DNA of 40,242 nucleotides from a virus (Duplodnaviria; Caudoviricetes): the IMG/VR virus record IMGVR_UViG_3300029891_000081, positions 1 to 40,242 of that record, one strand, 5' to 3'. Both the position numbers and the translations under genes were made by a program. The notes below the pieces were generated by a model, which saw nothing but the letters and a program-made list of their open reading frames with translations, searched no databases and was not told where the DNA came from. Positions 8,271 to 17,597 of this stretch are shown here, in pieces (positions within the stretch are counted from its first letter, which is position 1; every line of letters starts with the position of its first letter).

Positions 8271-9321
8271 CGGGATAGCTCATCATGGCGTCCTGCCCCG
8301 GCACATAGGGCTCGCCGCGAAAGTTCAGGACGTTGGCGAAGCGGGCGATGCAGGTGTCGAGGCGCTTGTCGCAGCCGGGATGGATGCGGAAGAGGTCGCC
8401 GACCCGGATCGCATAGCCCATGGGCAGGAACAGCTCGACGCGGCCCGTCGCCTGGGTCCACGCCTTCACCTCGATCGAGCGCCCGGCATTGGGCCCGCTC
8501 TCCCAGGTCAGCACGCCACCGGCGAACCAGCCGTCGGAAGCGCGCGGCTCATCGATCATTGCCGTGAACACCGCCCGGTCGACGACATCGGTGACGATGC
8601 CAACCCGGCTCCAGGACTCCATGGCCTCGAACACCGCACCGCCATCGGCGGTTTGCGCGCCGGGAGCCGTGTCGTAGACTGGCGGGAGCGCGGCGGTGAC
8701 GCCCGCGACCACGCAGCCATAAATCCGGTTCTCGTAGACCTGCGACCCGCTGCCCGTTCCGGTGACGACGCGCCCATGATCGCCACTGGCATAAGCGGTA
8801 TCGCGGGCGATTTCTGGCGGGTTTACAGGCACCTTGCAGCGATGATCGCCGAGATCGGCGCGGCATTCCGGGCTGTAGAGCTCGCCGATGCGTTGCTGCA
8901 GCGCCTGCGTCATGCCGCGCAGCTCGGTGCGGAAGACGCCCTGCTCGGTCAGCACCGCCTCGCCGAACCAGCCGCGCCGCATCCGCAGCGCGCCCATGGC
9001 GGGATCGGCCCAGTTGACGAGGAAGATGCGCACCTCGGCCTGATCGAAGAGACCGGCGCGCAATTCCTCTTCGGTGATGGCCTCGTCATCGAAGACGCCC
9101 TCGACGTCGAGATTGTCGACGCTCAGGCTCGCATCGTTGGCGATGGCCGTGCGCGAATAGCCGGAACTCGCCTTGTAGACATTGCCCTCGAATGACAGAT
9201 CCCGGTCATGGTCGGTGAAGAAGAACTCGCGCCCGTCGATGCGCGAGATCCGCCAGCAGGTGGCGAGCGTCGTCACCGGTCCGGCGAGGTGCGCCGCGAG
9301 GGCTGCCGAAGTCGATTTCAT
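8260..9321 (-). CDS. Baseplate hub protein, DUF2163/BR0599 family (GTA g13-like)
   Basis: TTLATCWRISR.DG....FTDHDRDL, CRADLGD..C, PGCDKRLDTC..RF.N..NFRGEP.VPG. Confidence 0.9.
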   Translation of the reverse strand: MKSTSAALAAHLAGPVTTLATCWRISRIDGREFFFTDHDRDLSFEGNVYKASSGYSRTAIANDASLSVDNLDVEGVFDDEAITEEELRAGLFDQAEVRIFLVNWADPAMGALRMRRGWFGEAVLTEQGVFRTELRGMTQALQQRIGELYSPECRADLGDHRCKVPVNPPEIARDTAYASGDHGRVVTGTGSGSQVYENRIYGCVVAGVTAALPPVYDTAPGAQTADGGAVFEAMESWSRVGIVTDVVDRAVFTAMIDEPRASDGWFAGGVLTWESGPNAGRSIEVKAWTQATGRVELFLPMGYAIRVGDLFRIHPGCDKRLDTCIARFANVLNFRGEPYVPGQDAMMSYPDAR

Positions 9322-9917
9322 GGTCTGATCTCCAGCACCGGGATCTGGCCCCAGCTGCCGAGCTGATAGGTTTCGATCGTGAGGTCCATCTGATCGCTGT
9401 CGAAGCGGACGGGCACGTCGAACTCGAAGTCCGCCGTCACCTGGACGCCGGATACGGGGGCGACGGTGAAGGTCACGAGCCCGGTCGCCGTGTTGACGCT
9501 CCAGCCAGAGACCGCCTCGACGCCGTCAAGGGTGATCTTCACCGTTCCGGGAACCGGCTTGGTGATGACCCGGGTTTCGACCTCGCCGCCGCTCGCGTAG
9601 GTCTTCACGAGCTGGAACGTCTTGGTCACGCCGTCGCCTTGACCGAGCAGTTGGGCCAGCGCCTGGTAGTCGGTCCAGTCCTTGAAGCGGAAACCATAGG
9701 CACGCCCGCGTCGCGCGCGAAAGAAGGCGATGAGGGCGGCCACCTGATCGCGTTTCTTCAGGCCGTGCGCCACGTTCCATTTGCCCCGCGCGGCGGCCCA
9801 GTTGGCGTTGCGCCGCTCGTGTCCCGAAACCGTCGTCACCACGGTGGTCGAGTAGCCGGGGCCGCCGGACGCCCCGTAGGAGATGTCCGGCGGAAACTGA
9901 ACTTCGTGGAAGGACAT
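9318..9917 (-). CDS. Distal tail protein, DUF2460/TIGR02217 family (GTA g12-like)
   Basis: FHEVQFP.DISYGASGGP...T......SG.E.RN..W, AFF.AR.GRAYGFRFKDW.D, FEFDVPVRFD. Confidence 0.92.
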   Translation of the reverse strand: MSFHEVQFPPDISYGASGGPGYSTTVVTTVSGHERRNANWAAARGKWNVAHGLKKRDQVAALIAFFRARRGRAYGFRFKDWTDYQALAQLLGQGDGVTKTFQLVKTYASGGEVETRVITKPVPGTVKITLDGVEAVSGWSVNTATGLVTFTVAPVSGVQVTADFEFDVPVRFDSDQMDLTIETYQLGSWGQIPVLEIRP

Positions 9918-9939
9918 GGGTGGCTCATATTTGTCTTTA

Positions 9940-9991
9940 TTGTCGCATTTATGGCGACAAACTTGACTTTCATGGCGATAGCGGCCAGACT
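9940..9991 (+). promoter_or_regulatory. Putative parDE promoter and operator
   Basis: Inverted repeat TTGTCGC-N7-GCGACAA (9940-9960), then TTGACT (9963-9968)-N17-CAGACT (9986-9991). AT-rich relative to the flanks. Confidence 0.55.
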
Positions 9992-10016
9992 TGCAAGGTC
10001 AGTCAGGAGGAAAGCC

Positions 10017-10286
10017 ATGACCACCCGCATCAACGCCCGCCTGTCCGGCCCGCTCGCCGACTACGTCGACCGGATGGTCGGCGCGCAAGGTCTCTATGAG
10101 ACCCCCAGCGAATATATCCGCGACCTCATCCGCCGCGACATGGAGCGCCGCGCCCTTCATGCCGAACAGGACGCCATTCTCGAAGGCTATGCCGATCTCG
10201 CCGCGGGCCGCATCTTCGCCTCGAGCGGCGATTTCGAGACCGACATGAAAACCCTGGCCGAGCGCGAAGCGAACGGCTGGTCGTGA
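10017..10286 (+). CDS. parD: RHH antitoxin (ParD/CC2985-like)
   Basis: AGGAGG RBS before ATG 10017. RINARLSG...YVDRMVG..GLYETPSEYIRDLIRRD motif. GTGA overlap with the toxin. Confidence 0.8.
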   Translation: MTTRINARLSGPLADYVDRMVGAQGLYETPSEYIRDLIRRDMERRALHAEQDAILEGYADLAAGRIFASSGDFETDMKTLAEREANGWS

Positions 10287-10645
10287 CGAACGCCCGTTTT
10301 CACCTCACGCGCCGGGCGGCCGGCGACCTCCGCGCCATCCACCGCCATTCTCTCGAAGAGTGGGGAGAGGAGACCGCGCGCGCCTATATGGCGAAGCTCT
10401 ATGCCGCAATGGCGGCGGTCGCGGAAAGACCGGAGACAGGACTCCTGCGGCGGCATCGCTCGGCGCCCTTTCGCATGGTCCCCGCGGGGCGGCATTTCGT
10501 GGTCTATGACGCAACCGATATCGGCATCATCATCCTGACCGTCCTCCATCAGCGCCGCGACATCGAGCGCATCATCGCCGGTTTCACCCCGGATTTTCTG
10601 GAACAGGTTGCCGCCTTGCGGCGTGACGCAAAACGGAGGCTATAG
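10283..10645 (+). CDS. parE: RelE/ParE-family toxin
   Basis: LTRRAAGDL..I..HS..EWGEE.A..Y...L, then G..R, H.VVY, I.ILTVLHQRRDI. Confidence 0.85.
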   Translation: MTNARFHLTRRAAGDLRAIHRHSLEEWGEETARAYMAKLYAAMAAVAERPETGLLRRHRSAPFRMVPAGRHFVVYDATDIGIIILTVLHQRRDIERIIAGFTPDFLEQVAALRRDAKRRL

Positions 10646-13084
10646 ATTGCGCCGCGCCCGGTCGATGGCGCGCGCCGCCTCGGCCGCGATCTGGCCCTGC
10701 GCATAGCGGAAGCCGTTGGTATCCGGCGTCGAGATGTTCATCACCACGTTGATCGGTTGCGCGGCGCGGCCTTCCCGGCCCATGGCGCCGCCGAGCGCGC
10801 GCATCTGTTCGGGCGTCAGAACCGCTTCGCCGCGCTTCAGGATGGCTGGCAGTTCGTCGGGCGCAAGCCCCGCCAGTCCGCCGGTGTGGTAGCGTGGCGC
10901 GGTCAGGAAGAGACCGGCATCCACCGAACGCGCAGGCGAGGCCGAATGGCCGATCACGCCACCTTCGTGGAAGAGCCCTGCGAAGATCTGGCCGATGCCG
11001 CCCAGCAGATCGTCGGCGTTGTCGTTCAGGAATCCCGCGAATGGCGCGGTCATCGCCTGACGCACGGCAATCCGCGTGATGTCGGCCAGAATGCTCTCGG
11101 TCAGCGAGGAGAACTCGAACTTGCCGGTGGTCACGAAGGAAACGAGCGCGTCCTCCATGGACTGGAAGGCGAGCGTGGTTGCCTCTTCGGCCGCGCTTGC
11201 GGCGTCGCTCGAGGCATCGACATAATCCTCAAGCGCACGGCGCACGCCGTCCTGCCATTCGCGGCTCTGGCGCAGGGCGCGCTCCTGCGCCTCGGCAAGG
11301 TCCTCGCTGGCCCCGGCGAGCGCCCGGTTGAAGGTCTCCTGGTCGATCGCGCCCGCGCGCAGGAGTGCATTCAGCCGCTCCAGCGTGGCGGCATACTCTT
11401 CCGTCGGCGTTCGCGTCTGCTCGATGAGCCGACGCCCTTCCTCGCGCAGCCGCTCTTCTTCGCGCAGCGCTTTGGCAAGCTCTTCGCGAGCCTGCTTTTC
11501 GTCGTGGAGCGCGCCGGCCAGCCGCTCGACCTCCGCGCGCTGGGCGGCGGTCGCCCCCTCCGACAATCGCGCCAGCGCCTGATCGATGGCGGCCTGGCGC
11601 TCATCGTTGAGCCCTGCCACCTGGCGGCGAAAGTCTTCGATGATGCGGGCATTGGCAGCTCCGGCACGGGTCGCCGCCTCGCGCGCCGGACGTTCGATGG
11701 CGTCGATACGCCGACGCGCCAGTTCCCCGGCGCGTGCGATCGCCGCGTCGACATCGGAGGCATTGCTGCCATCGGGCACGCGCAGCGCGCTCAAGCGCCG
11801 GCGCGTCTCCTCCAGTTCCCGATTGATGCGCGCGATCCGCTCACCCGGATCCGTCGCGATCTGGTCGATCGCCCGGTCGATGTCGCGGCGCTGCGTCGCC
11901 AGAAGCTCAACCAGCCGCTCGGCCTCGGCGGCCCGGCGGCCCGCTTCGGCCTGGCGCTGCTCGGCGGCGAAGCTCTCGGCCTCGGAGCGGGCCCTGGCGA
12001 TCAGATCATCGACCTGGCGCTGCAGCGCCTCGACCGTCCGACGCTGCTCCTCGATGGCGAAGCGCTGCCCGAGGAGGGGTGTGCCCGGGCCACCTGCCTG
12101 CAGGCGGGCAAGCTCGTCCTGCGCTTCGATCAGACGCTTGTCGAGCGCGACGATCCGCGTCGCGATCGGATCATCCTCGAACAGACCGGTGATCCCTTCG
12201 GCGGCGGCGGCGAGCAAATCGAGCGCGCCTTCCGCCAAACCTGAAACAGCCGGCGTCTGGCCGATGGCCTCGAGCAGATTGCCCCAGGCATCGGCGAGCC
12301 GGTTGGCGGCGCCCGTAAGGCCGCCCGCCTCGGCGGCGCCCGCGCCGCCGACCTGTTGTTCGAGCGCATCGAGGATGACCTTCTGCGCCTCAGCCGTCTG
12401 GCCGGTCTCGACCAGCGACTGGATGAGTTCACGCTGCGAGGCGGTGAACGACACGCCGACCCGGCGCAGCGCCGAGATGCCCTCGACGGGTTCCTCCAGC
12501 GCCTTGCCGAGTTGCGTGGCGGAGGCTGCCAGATCCTGCCCGAAAACGGCCGACAGATCCTGCGCCAGCCGGAGCGCCCGCGTGAAGGTATCGCCCGAGA
12601 CCGAGCGGAAGGTCGCAAGCACGGCCGCGGCGTCCTGCACGGATTCGGCGGTCGTCAGCGTCGTGCGCTCGATCTCATCGGCAAAGGCGGCAATGGAGTG
12701 CGCGGTGAGGCCCGATGCCTGGCCGGTGGCGCGCAACACCGCTTCGAGACGGCGATAGGAGCGCTCGGCTTCGGCGGCCTCCTGCAACCCCGCCGTCAAG
12801 GCGAGCCCGATGCCGGCCAGTGCCGCGCCGGCGGCGATGCCGGCCGGTCCCAGACGGGCGAGCGCCGCGCCAAGGGGGCCAAGACGTCCCGTCATGGCCT
12901 CAAGCGAGCCGCGCACCTGGCCGCTCGCGCCGTCGATCGCCTGCAAGGCGCGCGAGGCGGGCCTGCTCGCGTCCTCGATGCGTTTCAGCGCGCGCTCGCC
13001 GGTTTCACCGACATCGCGCAGCTCCGCCTTCACCTTGCCGCCGTCGATCACGGCGAGGCGGACGGAAAGATTGCGTTCAGCCAT
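10640..13084 (-). CDS. Tail tape measure protein
   Basis: 814 aa, Ala/Glu/Arg-rich helical protein. N-terminal LSVRLAVIDG.KVKAEL; lambda-type QLGKAL.EP..G.SAL segment; C-terminal RYH.GG..GL..DE.PAIL..GE.VL. Located after the chaperones. Confidence 0.92.
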   Translation of the reverse strand: MAERNLSVRLAVIDGGKVKAELRDVGETGERALKRIEDASRPASRALQAIDGASGQVRGSLEAMTGRLGPLGAALARLGPAGIAAGAALAGIGLALTAGLQEAAEAERSYRRLEAVLRATGQASGLTAHSIAAFADEIERTTLTTAESVQDAAAVLATFRSVSGDTFTRALRLAQDLSAVFGQDLAASATQLGKALEEPVEGISALRRVGVSFTASQRELIQSLVETGQTAEAQKVILDALEQQVGGAGAAEAGGLTGAANRLADAWGNLLEAIGQTPAVSGLAEGALDLLAAAAEGITGLFEDDPIATRIVALDKRLIEAQDELARLQAGGPGTPLLGQRFAIEEQRRTVEALQRQVDDLIARARSEAESFAAEQRQAEAGRRAAEAERLVELLATQRRDIDRAIDQIATDPGERIARINRELEETRRRLSALRVPDGSNASDVDAAIARAGELARRRIDAIERPAREAATRAGAANARIIEDFRRQVAGLNDERQAAIDQALARLSEGATAAQRAEVERLAGALHDEKQAREELAKALREEERLREEGRRLIEQTRTPTEEYAATLERLNALLRAGAIDQETFNRALAGASEDLAEAQERALRQSREWQDGVRRALEDYVDASSDAASAAEEATTLAFQSMEDALVSFVTTGKFEFSSLTESILADITRIAVRQAMTAPFAGFLNDNADDLLGGIGQIFAGLFHEGGVIGHSASPARSVDAGLFLTAPRYHTGGLAGLAPDELPAILKRGEAVLTPEQMRALGGAMGREGRAAQPINVVMNISTPDTNGFRYAQGQIAAEAARAIDRARRNL

Positions 13085-13099
13085 CGCGTATTGGTCCGT

Positions 13100-13464
13100 T
13101 CAGTCGAGGGTCGCGACGAGCCGCTCGTTGAGCGCCTTGACGAGGCCGGCTTCCCCGGCGGGCAGCAGCTCGGCGAGAGCCTGCTCGTCGTAACCAGCCG
13201 CGCGGCCCAAATGGATCGCGGCAGCGAGATCGAGTCCGATCACGCCCGCGCCCTGGGGCGCCAGGCGAAGCTGTCCGCTGCAGCGCGTCAGCACGTCCCA
13301 GGCCGCCCAGCCCGCATCGCTCAGCGGTTCATGGGCAATGTAGGGACAGCAATTGCCGTCGCCGCCGACCTCACCACGCGCACAGGGACGCCGGTCGCGC
13401 CGGCAGCCTTCGCAATAGGACGGCCCACCCCCGAAATGCCATTGGGCGCGGGCCGTCAGACGTT
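13100..13464 (-). CDS. Tail assembly chaperone T part, reached by -1 frameshift (GT fusion about 239 aa)
   Basis: The open -1 frame after AAAAAAC reads RLTARAQWHFGGGPSYCEGC...CPY..HEP...GW.AWD...GQLR...GLDL. Confidence 0.75.
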
Positions 13465-13468
13465 TTTT
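13419..13468 (-). promoter_or_regulatory. Programmed -1 ribosomal frameshift signal
   Basis: A AAA AAC heptamer (13468-13462) in frame just before the G stop. A stem GACGGCCCGC...GTGGGCCGTC starts 4 nt downstream. Confidence 0.8.
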
Positions 13469-13818
13469 TCGACGTCCAGCAAAAGCGCGGGTCCCAGGTA
13501 GTTCCGCTCGAAGGCTTCGGCGATCGGCCACAGGTCGAGGAGCGCGTCGAGCCCTTCCGGCGTGACCGCGACCGGCTTTCCCTCCATGTCGCCAACCCCT
13601 TCCCAGTCGTCGACGGCAAGCCGCACCAGCGCCTTCACCAGCGCCGCCATGCGCAGGCCGACGGAGGCCTCCTCGTCGATCGACACGCCGACGCTCGCGC
13701 GCGCGGCGGCGGCGCGGGCCGCCATGACCAGCGCGGTCGAGCAGGGTCGCACATGGACGCGAACGCCATGGCCGAGATCGAGCCAGTGCGGCTCACGCTT
13801 CAAGTCCAACCGGATCAT
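13456..13818 (-). CDS. Tail assembly chaperone (lambda G-like)
   Basis: MIRLDLKREPHWLDLG.GVRV...P..TAL..AAR...WEGVGD..G. Lies between tube and tape measure and ends in EKNV at the slippery site. Confidence 0.82.
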   Translation of the reverse strand: MIRLDLKREPHWLDLGHGVRVHVRPCSTALVMAARAAAARASVGVSIDEEASVGLRMAALVKALVRLAVDDWEGVGDMEGKPVAVTPEGLDALLDLWPIAEAFERNYLGPALLLDVEKNV

Positions 13819-13826
13819 GAGAACCC

Positions 13827-15104
13827 TCACATGTAAGAGACGACGTCGTTCAGGAGATGGGCGCGCAGCATGGTGCCCTCGCTGTCGTCGAAGGCGGCGC
13901 GCCAGTCGAAGCTCGCCTCGACCCCGCCGGGGCCGGAGACGGCGTATTTCGGTTTGGGAAGGAAGACGCGGAAGAGCTCGAACTTGAGTTCCCAGCCCTC
14001 CGCCATGGTAAAGCCGTACTCGACCACGACCGGGTCGCCATTGGCGGCTTCCGCCACCAGCGTCGCGCCATCGAAGCGCACGCTCATGCCACCCTGGCAC
14101 GAGGCGAAGGTGGGATCGGCGGCTTCGATCTTGCCGTCCTCGCGGATGACACGCACCCGTTCGAGATTGTTCGAGAAGGTGAGACTGCCGCCCGTGACCC
14201 CGGCCAGCGCCGAGCCGCCGCGACGGATGAAGCCGCGGCCCTGGCTGAAGCGCTTGAGCGCATAACTGTCCGGCGTGGCGTCGATCGTCGCCGCCGCGTC
14301 TTCCTCGCCCTGCGCCACCAGCTGCAGGCGCGCATTGGCCGGGCCTTCCTGGCCCATCTCGAAGGTGAGGTTCTCGACGACCGTGCCCAGGTGGCGAAAG
14401 AAGACCGGGGTCACGAGCTTTGGATGGCCGACCTCGAAGGTGAAGCTCGGAATGTCGTCGGCGCCGCTGTCCCAGACATGCGCGTAACCGCCGCCCTTGA
14501 GCGTCGTTCCCGAGACGGTGCCGTTGCCCGTCGCCGATGCCGCGAGCGTGAAGGCATTGCCGGTGGGGCCCGCCGTGTCGTGCGTGATCGTGAGCGTCGT
14601 GCCGCCGCTCGTGCCATAGGTCGCGGCGGACACAAGCGGTGAGGCGCTCGCGTTGAGGGCGGCGGCGGCATTGGTCAGGGTTGCGGCGAGCGTGCCGCCG
14701 ATTTCGATCTGATTGCCCGAAGGGGTGCCCGAGACGAAGGTCCAGACCACGCCATTGATCGTGATCGTGCTGGTGGCCGCCGGCGGCCCGGCAAAGGCGA
14801 TGCTGCCCGAAGCCGCGACGATCGTCGTGACCGGATCGCCGAACAGGGCGGTCAGCCAGAACCCGGTGCCGCGCAGGTCGAGCGGGATTTCGATCTGCCC
14901 TTCGTCGGTGATCAGCCCGCGATAGGGATCCTGCGCGTTGCGCCCGCGCCCGAGCAGCGGATCATCGCCCAATGGCTGGTTCGAGGAGAGATCCGTCGAT
15001 TTGAAATCCAGACTGCGATAACCGGCGAGCGGCGCCACCCCGTAGCTGACCTCTCGGGCAGCCTTGAGCGTGGCGTCCGCGCCGTAAGCGCGCACCTTGG
15101 CCAT
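13827..15104 (-). CDS. Major tail tube protein with an internal inserted domain
   Basis: RAYGA.A.L....E..YG..P, LLG.GRN..DP, PSFTFEVG.P, FSNNLER, LPKPK....GPGGVEASFDW. Confidence 0.85.
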   Translation of the reverse strand: MAKVRAYGADATLKAAREVSYGVAPLAGYRSLDFKSTDLSSNQPLGDDPLLGRGRNAQDPYRGLITDEGQIEIPLDLRGTGFWLTALFGDPVTTIVAASGSIAFAGPPAATSTITINGVVWTFVSGTPSGNQIEIGGTLAATLTNAAAALNASASPLVSAATYGTSGGTTLTITHDTAGPTGNAFTLAASATGNGTVSGTTLKGGGYAHVWDSGADDIPSFTFEVGHPKLVTPVFFRHLGTVVENLTFEMGQEGPANARLQLVAQGEEDAAATIDATPDSYALKRFSQGRGFIRRGGSALAGVTGGSLTFSNNLERVRVIREDGKIEAADPTFASCQGGMSVRFDGATLVAEAANGDPVVVEYGFTMAEGWELKFELFRVFLPKPKYAVSGPGGVEASFDWRAAFDDSEGTMLRAHLLNDVVSYM

Positions 15105-15131
15105 ATCGGACTCCTTGGGTTGCGGTGTTGA

Positions 15132-15563
15132 TCAGGAGGTGAGCGGATCGCTCACCAGGTATTCGATCGTGATGGTGAGGCGGGCGCTCAGGATCGGCGC
15201 GGCGCCTTCGATGGCGAGCGCCGACACCTCTGGCGCGGAGGTATCGAGGTTCTCCGCAAGGCCGCCCATCGATGGGTCGGTTGCCAGCGCCAGGCCGATG
15301 TCGCCAAGCAGGTCATCGAGGGCGGCCTCGCCGCTGCCATCGGCCGCACGCGTCACATGGGTTTCGATCTCGATCCGGTGGCTATAGAACTCGCTGCGCG
15401 GATTGAGCGTGATGTCGGGTTCGCCGGGCTCGCCGTCGCGCAGGATCACCAGGCCGGCCGCTGGCACTTTCTCGGGAAGCACCTCGTTGCGCCGCACGGT
15501 GGCCGAAAGCCCGGTCCGGAGCCGTTCGAACAGGGCGGACAGAATCGCCTCGCGTCGCGACAT
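15132..15563 (-). CDS. Putative tail terminator (family often mislabelled acyl-CoA transferase)
   Basis: RREAILSAL...L....V.RNEVLPEKVP..GL.ILRDG.PGEP. Immediately upstream of the tail tube; start overlaps the previous stop. Confidence 0.7.
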   Translation of the reverse strand: MSRREAILSALFERLRTGLSATVRRNEVLPEKVPAAGLVILRDGEPGEPDITLNPRSEFYSHRIEIETHVTRAADGSGEAALDDLLGDIGLALATDPSMGGLAENLDTSAPEVSALAIEGAAPILSARLTITIEYLVSDPLTS

Positions 15564-16228
15564 CAGCGCGTGCTCCCTTCCGTCAATCGCCACTGCCGCA
15601 AGACGAGTTCCGGCAATCGGCCATGCCAGCGCCGGGCGGCGCCCGCGACATCGAGCCGTTTCTTGAACGTCACGCTCGGCACCAGCACGAAGATCGGCAC
15701 CGTGCTGCGCCCGGAGAGCCGGGTGAAGGCCGAACCCTGTCGGCGTCCCTGATTGGCGACGGCGCGCCCTCGGCTGTTCAGCCGCGAATTGTCGGCGACC
15801 AGCAACGATGGCGCGCCACGACGGTAGACGAAGCGCAGGCGCATCCCCGTTCGCCGCTCCCAGCCGCCCGGCGTGATCCTGGCGCCGCCATCACTGTATT
15901 TACCGGCTGCCGGCGTCGGGATCGCCAGGAACAGGCCCCTGGTGGAGCGGATGGTTGCGCCCTCCTCGTAGATGCGCACGATCCCCGGCGCCTTGGACCA
16001 GACCAGACCGGCAGCCCCGATGCTGGGTTGACCCTTGGGGTAAACCTCGCCGCGCCAGGTCCGGGCGAGCTTCTCGCCAAGACCGGCTCCGGTGATCTGC
16101 GTCCTGAGCTCGCCTTTGAGCCCATCCGTCGCTTCGCGCACCCCCAGCGTGATGGCGCGCTCCGCCCCTTTGAGCTCGGCCTCCATCAGCTGCTTCAGAC
16201 TGCCCGACAGGGCGGCGGAGAGTCTCAT
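15563..16228 (-). CDS. DUF6441-family neck / tail-completion protein
   Basis: LK.ELR.QI..AGLG.KLA.TWR...YPK, GA.IRS..G..LAIPT, VPIFVLVP.V...KRLD. Confidence 0.75.
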   Translation of the reverse strand: MRLSAALSGSLKQLMEAELKGAERAITLGVREATDGLKGELRTQITGAGLGEKLARTWRGEVYPKGQPSIGAAGLVWSKAPGIVRIYEEGATIRSTRGLFLAIPTPAAGKYSDGGARITPGGWERRTGMRLRFVYRRGAPSLLVADNSRLNSRGRAVANQGRRQGSAFTRLSGRSTVPIFVLVPSVTFKKRLDVAGAARRWHGRLPELVLRQWRLTEGSTR

Positions 16229-16539
16229 GGCGAGCGCCCCTCGACCGTCCAGATCAGCCGTTCCGCGTCACGCACCGGCTCGCCCTGAACGAGCAGGATG
16301 TCGCCATCGATCTCGATCGTATCGCCCGCGGCAATGGTCGGCGCTTCGGCGACGCGCAGATCGACAAGAGCAACCGGTGTCACGAGGCGCGTGTCCCCGA
16401 ACGTCGAGATCGCCTCGGGACGTCGGACGACGGCGCGGATCGCCACGCCGGATCCGGCGCCTGCCGCCCGCCAGATCGCATCGCGCGCGATGTTCGGGTC
16501 GGCGAAGAGGTCGTCGATCGCCTCTGCGAAGATGCTCAT
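16225..16539 (-). CDS. Head-tail joining / head closure protein (lambda FII-like)
   Basis: F..AID.LFADPNIA.DA.WR...PE....FG...GD.I...G....VQGEP.RD..RL.W. Follows the capsid gene. Confidence 0.8.
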   Translation of the reverse strand: MSIFAEAIDDLFADPNIARDAIWRAAGAGSGVAIRAVVRRPEAISTFGDTRLVTPVALVDLRVAEAPTIAAGDTIEIDGDILLVQGEPVRDAERLIWTVEGRSP

Positions 16540-16541
16540 GC

Positions 16542-17564
16542 TCAGTTGCTGGAGAAGATGCGCACGGCGAGACGCGGCCGCTTGTTGATCGGCAGGATCG
16601 AGGCCTCGGTCTTGACCTCGATGGCGCTGCCGTCGAGGCGCGCGATCTGCCGCGCGTAGATCGGCAGGCCCACCGTGTTGACCGTCTCGATCAGGTTGGC
16701 CGGTGCGCCGTGGGTGACGAAGGTGTCGAGCGTGCCCAGCGGGAACGCGATGCCCTCGCCGGAGGGGATCAACGTTTCCGTTGCGCCGGTCGAGAGCGTG
16801 ACGGTGGCGTTGTACTCCTCGAACAGAATGCCGGCGAAGGGGAAGCGGCGGCGGGTGTCTTCGCGCAGCGGCTGCACCCCAGTCGAGGAGTAGTACTTGT
16901 AGGCCTCCTCGACCTTGGCATGGCCGATCAGCTTGTCGAAGAACTCCGGGCTCACCAACGCCAGCACGCCGGTCATGGTCTCGCCCTTGAGCTCGGTCTC
17001 GACCTTCCTGAGCACGTCCCGCACCTTGCCCTGGACCTGGGTGCCGGCGGTGCCGAGCACGAAGTCGGTCTCGAGCTGCGTGAGGCCGAACTCGGTGAAG
17101 TAGTTGTAGAGCGTGGTGCCGGCGCCATCCTTGACGATGCCGCGGAGCGCGTTGACCTCCATGTACTCGCGCGTCTGGGCGTGCTTCACCCGCATGCGGG
17201 TGAGCTTGCGCTCCATGACGGTGGCGAGCGGATCGGCGGCGTCGGCGACGCCGAAGCCGCGCACCCCCTGGATGTCCTGCGGCGTGATCACGTCGTCATG
17301 CGGGATCCATGGCACGGTGAAGGAGCGCATGGAGCGCGTGTCGCGATTGGCGACGGTGGCGGGGCCGCCGAGCGGCACGGTCGGCAGGAGGTTCAGCACG
17401 CCTTCGGCCTGCTCGATGACGACGGAGCGCTGGGTCACGCCCTCGAAGCGGAAGAGGCCCAATGTCCCAAGCCGGGTGTAGACATTGGGCAGGATGTTGA
17501 TGGCCTGGGTCATCTCGACGAGCGAATAGCCGCCCGCGTCGAACGGGTTGATCATGGCGACCAT
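16542..17564 (-). CDS. Major capsid protein (lambda gpE family)
   Basis: 340 aa; T.AIN.LPN.Y..L..LGLF, H.QTREYM...AL.G, F.F.GI.FEEY, APAN..ETVNT.G. AAGGAG RBS. Confidence 0.92.
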   Translation of the reverse strand: MVAMINPFDAGGYSLVEMTQAINILPNVYTRLGTLGLFRFEGVTQRSVVIEQAEGVLNLLPTVPLGGPATVANRDTRSMRSFTVPWIPHDDVITPQDIQGVRGFGVADAADPLATVMERKLTRMRVKHAQTREYMEVNALRGIVKDGAGTTLYNYFTEFGLTQLETDFVLGTAGTQVQGKVRDVLRKVETELKGETMTGVLALVSPEFFDKLIGHAKVEEAYKYYSSTGVQPLREDTRRRFPFAGILFEEYNATVTLSTGATETLIPSGEGIAFPLGTLDTFVTHGAPANLIETVNTVGLPIYARQIARLDGSAIEVKTEASILPINKRPRLAVRIFSSN

Positions 17565-17597
17565 GATGTGGGGTCTCCTTGGGATGGAACGGACATG

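Noticed and set aside
4266-9917. Gene transfer agent cluster
   Set aside because: Only the tail tip is GTA-like. The head and terminase are lambda-type and a replication module is present.
15132-15563. Acyl-CoA transferase metabolic gene
   Set aside because: Size and position between neck and tube genes fit a tail terminator, and no CoA-transferase motifs are present.
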